The notes under the pieces are model-generated. The model ran no database searches. It had not been told where the DNA came from and saw only the letters and a list, made by a program, of their open reading frames with translations. From Octopus sinensis (taxonomy: Eukaryota), in NCBI RefSeq assembly GCF_006345805.1, contig NC_043010.1, forward strand, positions 59,396,001 to 59,460,000: a DNA stretch of 64,000 nt, given 5' to 3'. Both the position numbers and the translations under genes were made by a program. Positions 26,861 to 40,594 of this stretch are shown here, piece by piece. The stretch's first letter is position 1. Every line of letters starts with the position of its first letter.

Positions 26861-27250
26861 CTCTTTACTCTCTTTTACTCTTTTATTTGTTTCAGTCTTT
26901 TGACTGTGGCCATGCTGGAGCAAATCGACCCAGGATTTTATTCTTTGTAAGCCTAGTACTTATTCTGTTGGTCTCTTTTGCCGAACCACTAAGTTACGGG
27001 AACGTAAACACACTAGCATCGGTTGTCAAGCGATGTTGGGGGGACAAACACAGACACACAAACATATACACACACATGCATACATATATACATATACATA
27101 TATATGACAGGCTTCTTTCAGTTTCCATCTACCAAATCCACTCACAAGGCTTTGGTTGGCCTGAGGCTATAGTAGAAGACACTTGCCCAAGGTGCCACGC
27201 AACTATGTGGTTGGTAAGCAAGCTACTTACCACACAGCCACTCCTATGCC
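26861..27250 (-). mobile_element. SINE family A (intronic, inverted relative to the 26064 copy)
   Basis: reverse-complement match to family A. Confidence 0.85.
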
Positions 27251-27501
27251 TATTGATGAATTGATGAAAATTACATTTAATTTTTGAGAGAAAGTCTACG
27301 AAATCCCATCAGTAAATTCTATAAGCACCAACATTCCCCTTTACAATCATTAAACAAAGTTTGTGTCATAAATTTAATTTATGCAAGAAGCTGATGTAAC
27401 ATGGAATCTCAAAGCAAGGAATTACGACTTGGAAAATTGTTTAATAAAATATTTCATGAAAAATACAAATGCTTCACATTTACTTTTCCTTTTTCTTATA
27501 G

Positions 27502-27663
27502 AAATACAGTGAACCAGTAGTGGCAACATCTAATGATGATGCTATGGAACACCACACTGATGTTCCTGATTATACTTTGGAGACATTACCAGCTCCAAGA
27601 GATGGCAGACACAAATTACGTGAAGGAGGAGGGAGACATTACGAAGAAATTCCAAGTATGTAA
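27502..27663 (+). CDS. Protocadherin terminal coding exon (53 aa + stop)
   Basis: Polypyrimidine acceptor TTTTCCTTTTTCTTATAG| at 27501; phase 0 open frame KYSEPVVATSNDDAMEHHTDVPDYTLETLPAPRDGRHKLREGGGRHYEEIPSM*; GC-richer island in an AT-rich intron. Confidence 0.75.
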   Translation, partial: KYSEPVVATSNDDAMEHHTDVPDYTLETLPAPRDGRHKLREGGGRHYEEIPSM

Positions 27664-30120
27664 GGTAAAAACTTGTCAGTTGTGTTGATATTGTTTTATG
27701 TCACAAATTTCATAAATGTTGTCGAATTTTGTTTACACATTTACTTTTCTTTAATTAATACAGAATAATAATAAATGGGAAAAAAAGGCAGCAACACCAG
27801 CAAAGAAAATAACGAGGAACTGAATAAAGACAGCAACTCCATTCTTTAACCTAATATTTATGATGAAAACCATTCAATCACAGAATCAAGCAGTTTGATA
27901 GAAAACTTTCAAATTTCACAGACATACAGAAAAGAAAAGAATATTGTACATATCCACAATGGCAAATATTTTTACTCCCAATATGTCAGTATTTCCTAAT
28001 TTGAAAAACCATTTTAAAATATAATGTAAGGAAACAGAATTTGGTGCAGTGAATATATACAAGGTCATAATTTCTACTAAAATACTTCAGTTCTATGAAT
28101 CATAGATAACATATCAGAAATAACAAAACTAGATATTCATGTATTTAAAACTATAGGTATGTATGCATTATATTCTTATCAAATTTGTCTTCAAGATTAT
28201 AAATATTTCATTTACATCACTTCAGTGTAATCATTAAAAGCTTCTTTATTTCTTTAAGCCATTTTAAATACTCTAAATATTGAACGAAGAAAATATAGCT
28301 ATTTCCCAATAATTTTCAATGGCTTTCTTTTGAAGTATGACCAATAGAATTATGGATAAAGAACTTAAATCCAGTTTTAGATATTTGGGTCCTGCTCTGG
28401 GTTTTGAGCACATTGATAAATAGGCTATTATAGAAGTTATCATTCTGATACTTTTAGGTTAAAACCAGATTAGGGAATAACACTTCCTTTGTTAAATTAC
28501 ATATTACTAACAATTAGATACAGTTTTCGAGTGTTTGTGAGATTTTACAAGCTTTCAGTTTTATACAAAAGTGAGTAAAATGCTATTTGGCTTCATATCA
28601 AGGCTCATTTATCTAAGTCAATTTGTAATTTGAATACAACATTTTATAGCAATATTTATACTCGCGAGGATTCTAAACAAAACATCTCCATTTACTGAGG
28701 GAATTGATTAATTAGAACTGGGGTGATATGCAATTAAATTATTTTACTTTGAAATGAGAGTGGACCACTTCAAAAACAACTTATGCAATGCAGCATGCTT
28801 CTCTCTTTCTCTCTCTCTCTCCAAATATGTGTGTAAGTGTATGTGTAAATGTGTGTGTGTATGTGTAAGTTAATGGAAATAAAATAAGTTAAATGTTGAT
28901 AACATTATTTTTAACCTTGTAAGTATATCAGGTTTAAGATGATATGTCCATACTTAAAAAAAAAACTATTACATCCACTAGACCTCATCAAGCTAATTAA
29001 TCTGTCCATCCTATAAATATGTCTATTATATATTTCATTATGCAATCTACATCTCATAAGTTGTCATGCAAATCTCTCAACTATATGACTCACCACATTA
29101 ATCTATCTACTATATGCATATTAATAAGTCTATCAAAGATGAATCCACAAAAAATAAAGCTACAATTCCCTCAAATTTAATGATTTCAAACTTACCAAAT
29201 TATCCATTTTAATGCATTAACTACTGAAAATTTTTCCAAAACTGGTTTTTTTTTTCCAAACCAAGCTTTAATATTTTTTCAAACAAGCAATATCATAACT
29301 GAAGCATTTTAGTAAAAAAAAAAAAAAAAAATTGAAGATTTCTCAGAAGCCATTGTGTATATACTATATGGAAGACATTGTTTTAAAAGGAATCATCTAT
29401 CATCCTTGATTTCATATTTTTTATCATTGTAATCATTTCACCTTGTATCTGACAGTTGGTTGATCTAATTAGTTTATTAATATTTTTTGTATATAAATTT
29501 CTTCAGAAATAGTGTTAAAAAGAGATTTTTTCCTCTAAATCAAGCAGTATTTTTCATTTTTCTTATATGGAATATTTAGATATATAATTCTTTAATACAA
29601 ATGCACTGTAAAATGTATTCACCTAATTTAGAATCCTTTGCAAATTATAGTCTCTTATAGTCTCTAGTACATAACCAGCCAGTACCAATTCTTTATCTAT
29701 TTGGCAGAAATTTAAAGCAGTTGCAAATTATGTTTACTTTTCTTATTTCACTTAATTTCAAATGCTCTTTACAAGATTTCACTCCCTCCTATGTGGAAAC
29801 CCGAAAGTTTGGTCCTGTTTTGTTATATATCATTTATGTTAATATCATTGAAACATGTTTCAATGTTTCCTTGCTCATAATTTAGAGCGAGTACAACAGC
29901 AGATCAACCAGCCGAACTTTTTGCTTACCCATGGAAATGTGTCCTTTTATCTTAAACATATTTTATGTCATTGTCAAATATATCCCTCTTTCTTATCAAT
30001 TTTTTTCTAACAAGGAATATTAGAACGTTGTGATTTTTGCATAATTATTATTTTACCCATATATATTGCAAGTTCTACCTGAGATGTCTTTCATAATTTT
30101 TGAATAAAATAATATAAAAT
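27664..30120 (+). other. Probable long 3' UTR of the protocadherin
   Basis: ~2.4 kb AT-rich stretch with no recognisable TE; AATAAA at 30103-30108; possible 99-nt intron 27665-27763. Confidence 0.4.
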
Positions 30121-30489
30121 GGAACTGAGTTATTTATGTATATATACTATCCCACTTTATAATCTTACCTCCAAGGATGGGGAACAAGTTAATAGAACAT
30201 TGTGTTTATTTTGAAAAAAATAAGTAATCAATACAAAGATTAGAAATCGAATTTTCTCTTTAGAAGTTAGAACTTCACAAATTATAACTGCTATAATTGC
30301 ATATATACATACAAACACACACACACACACACATGTATATATACACACATATATGCATATTTATGTTTACATGCATACAAAAATATATATATATGATTAT
30401 AGTAGTATTTGTTGAGTGGAAAGCCATAGTGTTCGTGTTTATTACAAAGGTTGTTTATGGTAAGATGGGAGGAAGTGAGTGAGATATTG

Positions 30490-31000
30490 TCATGTTTAGC
30501 TATCAGAAAAAGGTATCAGTTTGAAATGTCTTAGCATTTTGAAAGTTTTGTGTTTGCAGGAAAAGATTAATTCTGACTTAGGGTTCAGCATTTGGTTCCA
30601 AAATAAAAGAATATGGTTGGATTTATTGGTACAGAATTGGCAGGTTTTGTTGTTTCGTTGGTATGATTGTGCATGGAACACTATTTTGTAATTAATGCTA
30701 AATGGTGTACTATTTGGTTGCAGTGCTCATATATGTTTGGATAGTGAAGTATCATTTTTCCTGCTTGGATTGCAAGAAAGTATGAGCCTGTTGGTTGTAT
30801 TATGACTTGATTCGGTCTGCTGTTGACCCTATATGTGTATGTGGTTGAAGTTGGTTGAGGTTTTTTCATGGTTACAGTTGCACTATAGATAATATTACTT
30901 GTGAAACAGTTTCTGCTTAGAGAGAAGGATGAAGAAATACTGAAGTTGCAATCATTGTTATAAAGTGTGGTTTTCAAATTTTGTTAGTTATAACTGGTTT
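30490..31000 (-). mobile_element. Penelope-like element relic, GIY-YIG endonuclease C-terminal region
   Basis: NCFTSNIIYSATVT...TYTY (ORF 30681-30977) and CQFC...MLNPKSELIFSCKHK (ORF 30496-30681), typical of PLE endonuclease ends. Confidence 0.75.
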
Positions 31001-31799
31001 CAGTTTTTTTCCAATCTGATCTGATAAGGTTTCTACAACTGGATGCCCTTCCTAATGCCAACCACTCTGAGAGTGTAGTGGGTGCTTTTTACGTGCCACC
31101 AGCATGAGAGCCAGTCAGGTGGCACTGGCATCGACAATATAAATATGTATATATACACATATACATATGTATGTACGTACATACATATAATGGGCTTCTT
31201 TCAATTTCCATCAACCAAATCTACTCACTAGGCTTTAGTCAGCCTGAAGCTATAGTAGAAGACATTTGTCTAAGGTGCCATGCTGTGGGACTGAACCCAG
31301 AACCGTGTGACACTGAACTCAGGGACTTCTTTCACTTTCTGTCCACCAAATCCACTAACAAAGCTCTGGTCAGCCAGGACTATAGTAGAAAACTCTTGCC
31401 CAAGATGGCACATAGCAGGATTGAACCCAAGATCGCATGGCTGGGAAGCAAGTTTCTTAACAATACATCTATGTCTGTACTACATGTATATGAGAGTGTG
31501 TGTGTGTTTGTGTGTGTATGAGTGTGTGTGTGTGTGTACGCATGTATATACATATAAATATATGTGTATATATGAATATATAATACACACACACATATCC
31601 TTCAAACTCAATATTTTATTTCTCGTGTATTCCTTTCCATGTTAGTAAATGCTTTCCCATATAAAGTTGCCCTTCATTTTAGAAGCTTTGAGCAAGTTCT
31701 AAGCTGAAGCCCAACCACTCACCTCTGAATGCACTGCATCTCTTAGCAGAAACAGTAATAAGCTATTTCTATTATAAGATGCAATATTGATAATATGTA

Positions 31800-34300
31800 T
31801 AACTTTCTTTTATGCATTTCAGCCCAAAGGTTGTGGCCATGCTGGAGCACCACATGTGTAATCATCTTTTCCACGATCATTCTTATGTTGTTCACTTTTG
31901 GTAAAAGAGGGACTTTGGCATTGCTGTCCTCTTTTGTGTTTCATGCCATGCTGTAGGTTAATCTGGGACTTTGGACATCATGGGCCCAAGTTGTTTCTTA
32001 AAAACATCTGCTCCTACTCCACATAGATCTCTCAGATGTTTTGGTAAAGTATTGAATAGCCATGGGCCCTTGAATCCCAAGCTATTGCAGTACATGGTCC
32101 TCACTTTAGTCAGGATAGCAGGGACATTTGGAACATTGCTGTGATGTCCAGTTTGAGGGCAAGCATAGCTCTCAATGCCAAAGCTTGCTGCCAACCCTTC
32201 CAGGAGCTTCCACGTTTATATCACTGCATATCTCTCCCATCTCCATCCCAGGGAATAAAGCCTCAGCTCTTTTAGTCTCTCCCAGTAGTTCAGATGTTCC
32301 ATTGATGCCATCTTTCTGGTGTAGCGCTGCTGAACTCACTCAAATTCCACCATTAATTTGATGTTGTGAAGTAACTACAGCTGAAAACAGTAGTCCAGAC
32401 ATCTGAGTACAAATGTCCTCCATAAAACAAGCATAGTTTCTTGGTCCCTTGTTCAGAAAGTTCTCAGAATCCATCTGGCCAATCGCCAGGACATTGCCAC
32501 TCTCTTTGTGATATACACATGAAATGAGGTGTTATTGCTCATATCAATCCCTAAATCACATACTGTCCTAGACTCTTGGATTTCCACTCTTTTTGGTGCA
32601 AAGTATCATTGTTGCAGCATCTTAGCACAGGTTAGGTGATAGCAGAAGGCTTGAAAATTTTCAGCATTAAACTGAATGTCATTCTCTTCCACCTATTTAT
32701 ATATGGTGTCTAAGTTTTTCTATCGAAAATCAGCATCACAGGTTCCCTTGACTGCTTGTACTCCTCTTGTGTCATTGGCATAGCTAGTAAGACTGGCTGT
32801 CTGCGTAACTGACAGCATGTCTGAGAGAGCCACCCTAAGACAGTTCCCTGAGACATTCCACTTGCTATTATTGTCTCCTTGGAGAAGACCCCATTGGCTT
32901 CCATTGGCTGGCTTCTGTTTTTTTTAAGAAGTCATGTAACCACCCTCCCAGTTCTACAACTATGCTGAGCCTCCATAGCTTCTGACATATCATCCATGAT
33001 CAACCTTATCAAAGGCCTTTGCAAAATCAAGATATATCACATCTACATTTGAGCAATTCATTTGTTGTTTCATCACCCAGTCATAACGCTGTAGAAGCTG
33101 TGTAAGGCAGCTTCTTCCTGAACACAAGCCATGCTGGGTGCCAAGGAGCAAGTCATTATCTTCCAGAAATGCAATCACTTTCCTCCTGATAATGTGTTCT
33201 GAGATATTGCAGACCTGGGGTGGTTAGAGAGATGTGCCTATAATTTTTATCCTTTATGGATAGGATATATTGTGCCTTCCTTTAACTTCCTGGGAAGTCT
33301 CTCAGTTGCAAGGAAGCTTTTGAAGAGGATCTGGAGTGGTCTTGGTAGATCCTCTTTGTATTTCTTTTGGAGGATTGCAGGGAATCCATCAAGGCCTGTG
33401 GCTAAGTCTAAGCTCATTTCATCAATGGCTGATATTACATCAGTTTGCACTATTTCAATGTTTTCAATAACTGCCATCCCTTTGTGTCAAGCTGTGGTGC
33501 CAAAGAACACATCAGACATAGCTGCTTGCAAGTGTCTCAATGGAGTTGTTAAAACACTTTTATATTGCACTTTCAGTATTTCATTTATCCTCTGGTGGGG
33601 TTTGCAGTCAGTGAGCCATTCTCTTCGAACAGTAGCTCAATCTCGTACTGTACTGAAGCAGATGCTTTTGCAAATCTATAGAAGGCTTTAGGATTTGTCT
33701 TTACATTCTTTTTAGCCCTGACCTCCTGCTCTACCCTCTACTTCTCAAGGGTGTGTTTGAATTCACTTTCAATCTTAAGCAGTGTTTCTTTGAGATAGGA
33801 TTCTTTGCTATCTTTTAGTGGCCCACTTGGAGGGTTTGAGATCTTTTGCTCACCATCTTGTAAGAATCTTCCTATCCTGGGTATTATGTTTTACTGTTGG
33901 GTTGACATTCTTTCTGGAGCAAACTTACTGCATATGCCATGCATGAGTGTCTGTGGCTTTATGTCAATATCTTGCATTGGGAGACTTGTAGACCAGATTT
34001 GCTCAATGACCTCTTCCGGAATACCCTTCTAATCAGCTTTGTAAAAGTTCAGGCTAGAAAGGAGTTGGGTGCTTTTAGTAGCCTGCATGTCCGCAGTTCT
34101 CTGCAGACCATACATTGTTAGTTCTATTAAGTAATGGTCGGAGAGAATCATCATTCACCGTAACATTATGGAGGAGTGTCACACTATTTGTGAAGCAGAG
34201 GTCCTGGACATTTTTACCCCTTGTTAGGTGGAGCACTATTTTTGCTCCATAAAGAACATGTTTGTGAGATGAAACAGAGACTTTGCTTACTTCTGATTGT
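31800..34300 (-). mobile_element. Decayed CR1/L2-type LINE (RT and part of the endonuclease region)
   Basis: ATGLDGFPAI, IYPIHKG, GRSCLTQLL, VIYLDFAKAFDKVDHG, SGMSQGTVLG, GPWLFNTLP. Confidence 0.85.
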
Positions 34301-34433
34301 GTAATGCCTCTGTCATTTATTTAATTTGATATTATGCTCTGTACTCACCCAATGCTTTATTCTGAAGCATATGTATATTGAGTTCTAACACCAGGTTACA
34401 AGTATCACTAAATATATGTGCATGCACATGCAT

Positions 34434-34483
<50 letters not shown>

Positions 34484-35889
34484 ATTTGTATGTATGTGTG
34501 TGTGTACATAGGTATATAAAACTGGGAATAGGGATTCAAGAACTCAAACAACATTCACAGATAGCTCCCCACAGGATGTTCAGATAACAAGAAGAGAATA
34601 GTTCAGTTTGGGATATAAATTAATATCACCGTGCTTCTGAAAATCTCGGAATTATAAAAGTGGAGAGCCAAGTATTGAATGCATGTAAAATGTATTGAAG
34701 AATAATCTTACTCTTTATGTTACAATACAACTATCTGTGTACATCTATATGTATACTAATATCTGTGTGGGATGCTCTGGAACTGATGATGTAACTGCAT
34801 ACAGATTATGAAAAAGCTGTAAACATATGGAATAAATATTTTTATCTCTCACTTCTGAATTTGCTTAATTATACATTCATACATGCATGCATCCACACAC
34901 ACACACACACACACACACTCTAATCATCATGTGTGCATTAGACTGTGTGACAACAAATTTGCACAAAAACCTAGAAATACTTGGTTTCATGAAGAAAGAG
35001 CAAAAGAAACTGATGTGGATTATCTAAATCAAATTTACTAGTGACTCAGTGAAGATTTGTGAGGCATTCCCCAAATTCTCCATCTGAGATTCTTATGTGA
35101 ATAGATGCACACTAGAGCATATGCATCAAGAGTTCAACCAATACATCAACTCAACCACATATTCACAAATATCAGAAACTCTCTTTACTCAAAAAGTAAT
35201 GAAACTAATACAAACCAAAATTCCAGTGTTAATGAATTCCTCGCAGAACATTTATTCATTAAGTCCAGAAGTAAAAGTTATGGTCTTGCATTTAATTATT
35301 TTAGTCATGTGTGTTTCAACACTACATGGCACATATATATTTTATGAATATAAATATCAATCATCATCATCATCATCTTTATCCTTTAATGTTTGTTTTC
35401 CATGCTGGCATGGACTGAGTGGTTTAACCAGAGCTGGGAAGCTGTGCTAGGTTCCAGTCTGATCTGGCCTGGTTTCTATGGTTGAATGCCCTTCCTAATG
35501 CCAACAATTTTACAGGGTATGCTGGGTGCTTTCATGTGGCACTCAAATAAGTGCCTCCTACATTGCACAAGAGCTTTTTATGTGGCACCAGCACAAGACT
35601 CTTGCAGGCCAATCTTCTTCACCAGAGGATATGGCTTAAACACCTCTGCTGTGGAGGACGGGTATAAATATAAATTAATACAATTATATATATAAATATT
35701 ACAGGTGTTAAAAAAAAGTTCTGCAATGATTGTCTTCCTTCTGTTCCTCTTAAGTGCACAATTTCAGGGCTATCATCATCAATGTAAGCACAATGAAAGG
35801 AAGGACTGATGAGATTATTGAAATGCTGGTATGACAGCATGTTGATATGTGTGGTGTGCATGAAGTAAGATAGGGGGGGGGGTTCCACT

Positions 35890-36490
35890 ACATTCCTCAC
35901 AGGTAAGAAATGGAGGTTTAACCTCTTCTGGGTGATCAAATTAGTAGTGATGGAGGATATTCTGAAAGTACTGTTGCGAGAATAGGAATAGAATGGAGGA
36001 AGTTCAGAGAACTATCACCTGTGTTGGCAACAAAAAGAGTCTCTGTCAAGAGTGAAAGGTAGATTATATGATGTTTATGTATGAGTGACTATATTCTACA
36101 GTAGTGAGACATGAGCTCTGAATGCAGAAGACAGATGTAGACTAGAGGGGAATGAAGCTAGCATGCTCTGATGGTTATGCAATATCAACGACCAAGTGCA
36201 AATATGCTGAGAGAAAAGTTGGATATAAAAGGAATAAGGTGTAGCATGCAAGAAAGAAGACTACAAAGGTTTGGGCATGACAGGCATAGGAACGAAGACA
36301 GGTGTATAAAGAAGTGCTGACTGCATAAAGTGGATGAGACGTGTGGAAGAGGAAGATCCAGGAAGACATGGGACGAAGTAGTGAGGACCAATCTCAGGAT
36401 GGAGGGCCTCACAGAGGAGATGACAATGGACTGAAATGTCTGGCGATATGAGGTCCTTGAGAAGAACCACCCACCCTAGCAAAACTGAGT
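35890..36490 (+). mobile_element. RTE LINE 3' fragment
   Basis: RVKGRLYD..., GRGRSRKTWDEVV; homologous to 49500-50100. Confidence 0.7.
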
Positions 36491-37219
36491 TCTGGAAGTG
36501 CTGTGTATTCCACCCACATGTAACTTTAAATTTCTCACACATCCTGTCCCAATAATCCAAACTGCATCCCTCCTCCTCTTCCTCACATTTCCTCTTTTTC
36601 ATGCCTATGTTTATCCCTCCCTCCCCACTCAGACTAATCCTGCCCTGTCAGCTGTATCAGGGGTTGTTGTAGATGCGAATGAACATTCAAAAATTTGGGA
36701 ATGGAGTAGATAAACTCTAGACTACATATGTTTCATAGCTAGCGGAACCTCCACAGAAATAAATTATTCAAACAAGGGCATATATATATCATCATCATTG
36801 TCATCGTTTAATGTCTGTTTTCCATGCTGGCATGGGTTGGATGGTTCAACTGGGGTCTGGGAAGTCAGGTGGCTGCACCAGGCTCCAATCTGATCTGGCA
36901 GTGTTTCTACAGCTGGATGCCCTTCCTAAAACCAACCACTCTGAGAGTGTAGTGGGTACTTTTTACATGCCACCGGCACAGGGGTCAGAGGGAGCTGGAA
37001 TCAACCACATTTGGATGGTGCTTTTATGTGCCACCGGCATGGGAGCCAGATGGGGCTGGCATCGACCACATTTGGATGGTGCTTTTACATGCCAGGATTA
37101 CTCCAAACATTTACCAGTTTGCTCTCAGTTAGGTATTCAAAATAGGTTATTCAACAGTTAATATATAAATCTAATAATATTCTGATGAAACAAGAATTTA
37201 GTGATATATTCCATTGAAT

Positions 37220-37355
37220 ATTCTATTGTGTCTGGGGAGAGTCATTTTCTTTTTGTGCCTTATAATTTAACACATTCACCAGTAAAATTTCCACTAATTT
37301 CTTATTTTTATTTTCCTAAAATTTTCGTTGTGCCTTGCAACCTTTTCAATAGTCT
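37220..37355 (-). mobile_element. Family H2 element with U3-A8 hammerhead-like motif at 37315-37354
   Basis: minus strand CTA-TTGAAAA-G-GTTG(caaggca)CAAC-GAAA-ATTT-TAG. Confidence 0.6.
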
Positions 37356-38299
37356 TATGTAGGTCTATGTAAAGCTGTATAGACATAGAAAAAAAATTAA
37401 AGGTAATGCTATGCCACTTCGTAATAAACCTCATTACCATTGTACACACACACAAGGTGACTCATTTAGTGTTATATATATAAATGTGTAAAGAACCAAA
37501 TGAAATCACTCAAATTTCCCCGTTAACAAATCTGAAGGTGAAAGGGAGATAATTTCGAGAGATCAAGAATTATTTTGCTGAATTTCCGTAATTATGAAAA
37601 AAGGGAAAATCTCAACTTGATTTTAGTGTCAAGCAATCGCAATGTAACCCCTTTGGTCTTGGTTTAGCTTTTTCAGCCTATCAAAGATCTTTTTGAGTGT
37701 AGACAATTATAAATAAACAGTAAAAGAGCTTAGTACCTTTCTAGCAATTGTAATTTGTATAACTAAAACTGAAAGCGCTAAACGAAAGTAACTCTGTGGT
37801 ATGAATATGGATAACAAATTTAACATAGAATGCCACAGATAATAATAATAATACATCCTCGATTTGTAAGACTTTTTAGTGTAGGAACCTCATTTCGAAA
37901 CTGTCATGGTACATCCTCATTATTTTGATCACTTTGGAATGTGAAAGTGGTCAATGGCTCTTATCAGTAATTCGTGTGGCACTGAACCATACGCATTAGC
38001 TAGGTCAAGCTTCTCTTGTTCTGTTTGGCATCCTGGATTGCTTTCCAAATCGAAAAACAGTTTTCAACGCATCCAGGGATCCCAGGGATTCCGGCCTTTT
38101 GAAGATTCATCAACATATCCGTTATTCCTTGACAGAATTCCCATAAAGATCTTGCCTTCCACATATGTCTTACAATGGCACATGTAACAAAACACATGTC
38201 ACTAAAGAATATTACAGGTGAATAAAGCTGGTTACTCTTTCTGATGAGCTGTGGTGCACCTGAGCACTGTATACAATAAGTTTAGTATTATTATTATTT

Positions 38300-38926
38300 A
38301 AGACACCACACAGTACTGGGGGTTTGTACAGTCTGTCAAGTCACAACAAGTACTTTACACAATATATGCACAGTTCCAAGTAGTGCCAATTTTTGCAATA
38401 CACCTAGATTGCAGGGCATTTCTAAAGTTTCCAGATGTTTCTTCAGGTTAGGTAGTATTGAACCCAATGTTCTGATGACAATAGGGACAACCTTTATATT
38501 TGACTCTCTTAGCTGCCACATCTTGGTAATCTCAATTCTCAGGTCTCCATATTTATCAATTTTTTCTCTTTCTTTAATAATAATATATTGATCTCCTGGC
38601 ACTGCCACATCGATTATTGGGCCCTTTTGTTTGTCCCTCCTAAAGGTTACTATGTCCGGCTCTAACACTTTGTCTGTCTGGAAGTCAAAGTCCCAGAGGA
38701 TCTTTGCCTTCCCCTTTTCACCCATTACCTTTTCCAGTGTATGTTGGTACCAAGCACCCGTAGCCTCATATCCATACTTCCAGCATTGCAGCCAGTGAAG
38801 GTCTGGGGGTACCTTGTCATGTCTGCACTTGTACTCTTTCTGTGCAACACTTTCACAAGCTCTAACAACATGAGTCATGCTTTCCCATCCCTTTTCCCAC
38901 ACATTCTGCAGACATTCATTGCAGGG

Positions 38927-38927
<1 letters not shown>
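38300..38927 (-). mobile_element. R4/Dong-like LINE 3' fragment between (TTA)n tracts
   Basis: ORF 38336-38902: RHDKV, ILWDFDFQTD, PDIV, IIDVAVP, EKIDKYGDLRIE. Confidence 0.85.
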
Positions 38928-38962
<35 letters not shown>

Positions 38963-40230
38963 GTTATTATTATTATTATTCAGGCCTTACATCCATTCTC
39001 TCCCTATCAAATCTTCCTCACTTCTCATCTTTCTGACACCCATCCCTCAACCATCCTTCTAACTATGGCACTAATCAGCTGCTACGACAGCAGAATCTAC
39101 ACATATTTTATCCCTATTCTATGCTATCAGTTACTTCACCCGGTTCTTGGAACCACTTCCTTTCAAAATTCATCTCTCATTCTTAATATCACACTTTTCC
39201 ACTTTTTTTCCCACTTTGCTTCCAGTTCTCTCTCAGCTACAACTTAGAACTGCCTTTATTTCCCCTTCGTACCCTTCCAACACTCCCCAACCTTTGTTCT
39301 CCACTCACTTTAGCCACCATAATACACTTCTCATCTCCATCTCCATCACATCTCTCCCAACACCATACTCTCCCTTTTTCATCTCTCCACAGCTGCTATC
39401 CACCCTTTCCTGCACAGCTAATTCTCACCTCCTCCTTCCTCACTTATTTCTTTCATATTTTTCTCCAAACTGACTCTTAACATCAACCACAACTCCTCCT
39501 TTGTTCATTCATCTCTACATTCACCTTTACTACTCCTGCCTAACCATCTGCATCGTCCACACACACACACACACACACGATGATGATAATGTATTTTATG
39601 CATTATGCTTTAAATATATCATGGTTCACAATAAAAATATATATATGTATGCCCTTCTCCTTTAGTTGTTTGCTTTTCACTGTCCATGCCATAATATCTC
39701 CATTTTACAGTATACAAAACCATTTTTCTTTTTGTCTCAAGATGGTGGTAAGGGAGTCCTTCTTTCTCTTCCTCTCTCACTATTTCTGGCCCTCCCCCCA
39801 TCTCTTTCTCTCTGGCCCTTCCTCTCCCTTGCTACTCTCATTTTCTATCCTTTTATCATTGCTATTCTCAGTAATTACACGATACAAAGCAGTAACACTA
39901 CCTTTGCTCCATCACTCCCCTTTTTTCTTTTCATTTCCCAATCGATATTTCTGCATCACATTTAATAAGCAGCTGTCTCTATTTACATTATAATATTTGC
40001 TCTAACCTAATGATTTTCTTGAATTCTTTTTCTTTCTCTTTCCTACCTAAACAACAACACGTTTATCAATTTTATGCTACAAAACCTTATTTTTATCAAT
40101 GTTAATTCACAACAAACTTTGTTACTGCAGCTTCCTCCATATAAATATCTACTTTCTTTGCAACTCGGAAGTTGTTTATACATACATGTAAATGTATGAG
40201 AGTTCACTTACATAAACTCAACAATATATA

Positions 40231-40401
40231 GGCGCAGGAGTGGCTGTGTGGTAAGTAGCTTGCTTACCAACCACATGGTTCAGGGTTCAGTCCCACTGCG
40301 TGGCACCTTGGGCAAGTGTCTTCTACTATAGCCTCGGGCTGACCAAAGCATTGTGAGTGGATTTGGTAGACGGAAACTGAAAGAAGCCCATTGTATATAT
40401 G

Positions 40402-40432
<31 letters not shown>

Positions 40433-40545
40433 ATTCCTGTACTTCCGTATAATTATTTATATATGCATGTATATATACATGTAGATGTAGGTACGTACAT
40501 ATATGTTTGTATGTATGCATATATTTTATTTATCTCCTATATATA

Positions 40546-40594
<49 letters not shown>

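Noticed and set aside
38240-38280. CTGATGAG as a ribozyme core
   Set aside because: It is part of the CR1 3' tail (GTGCACCTGAGCAC) and no GAAA follows.
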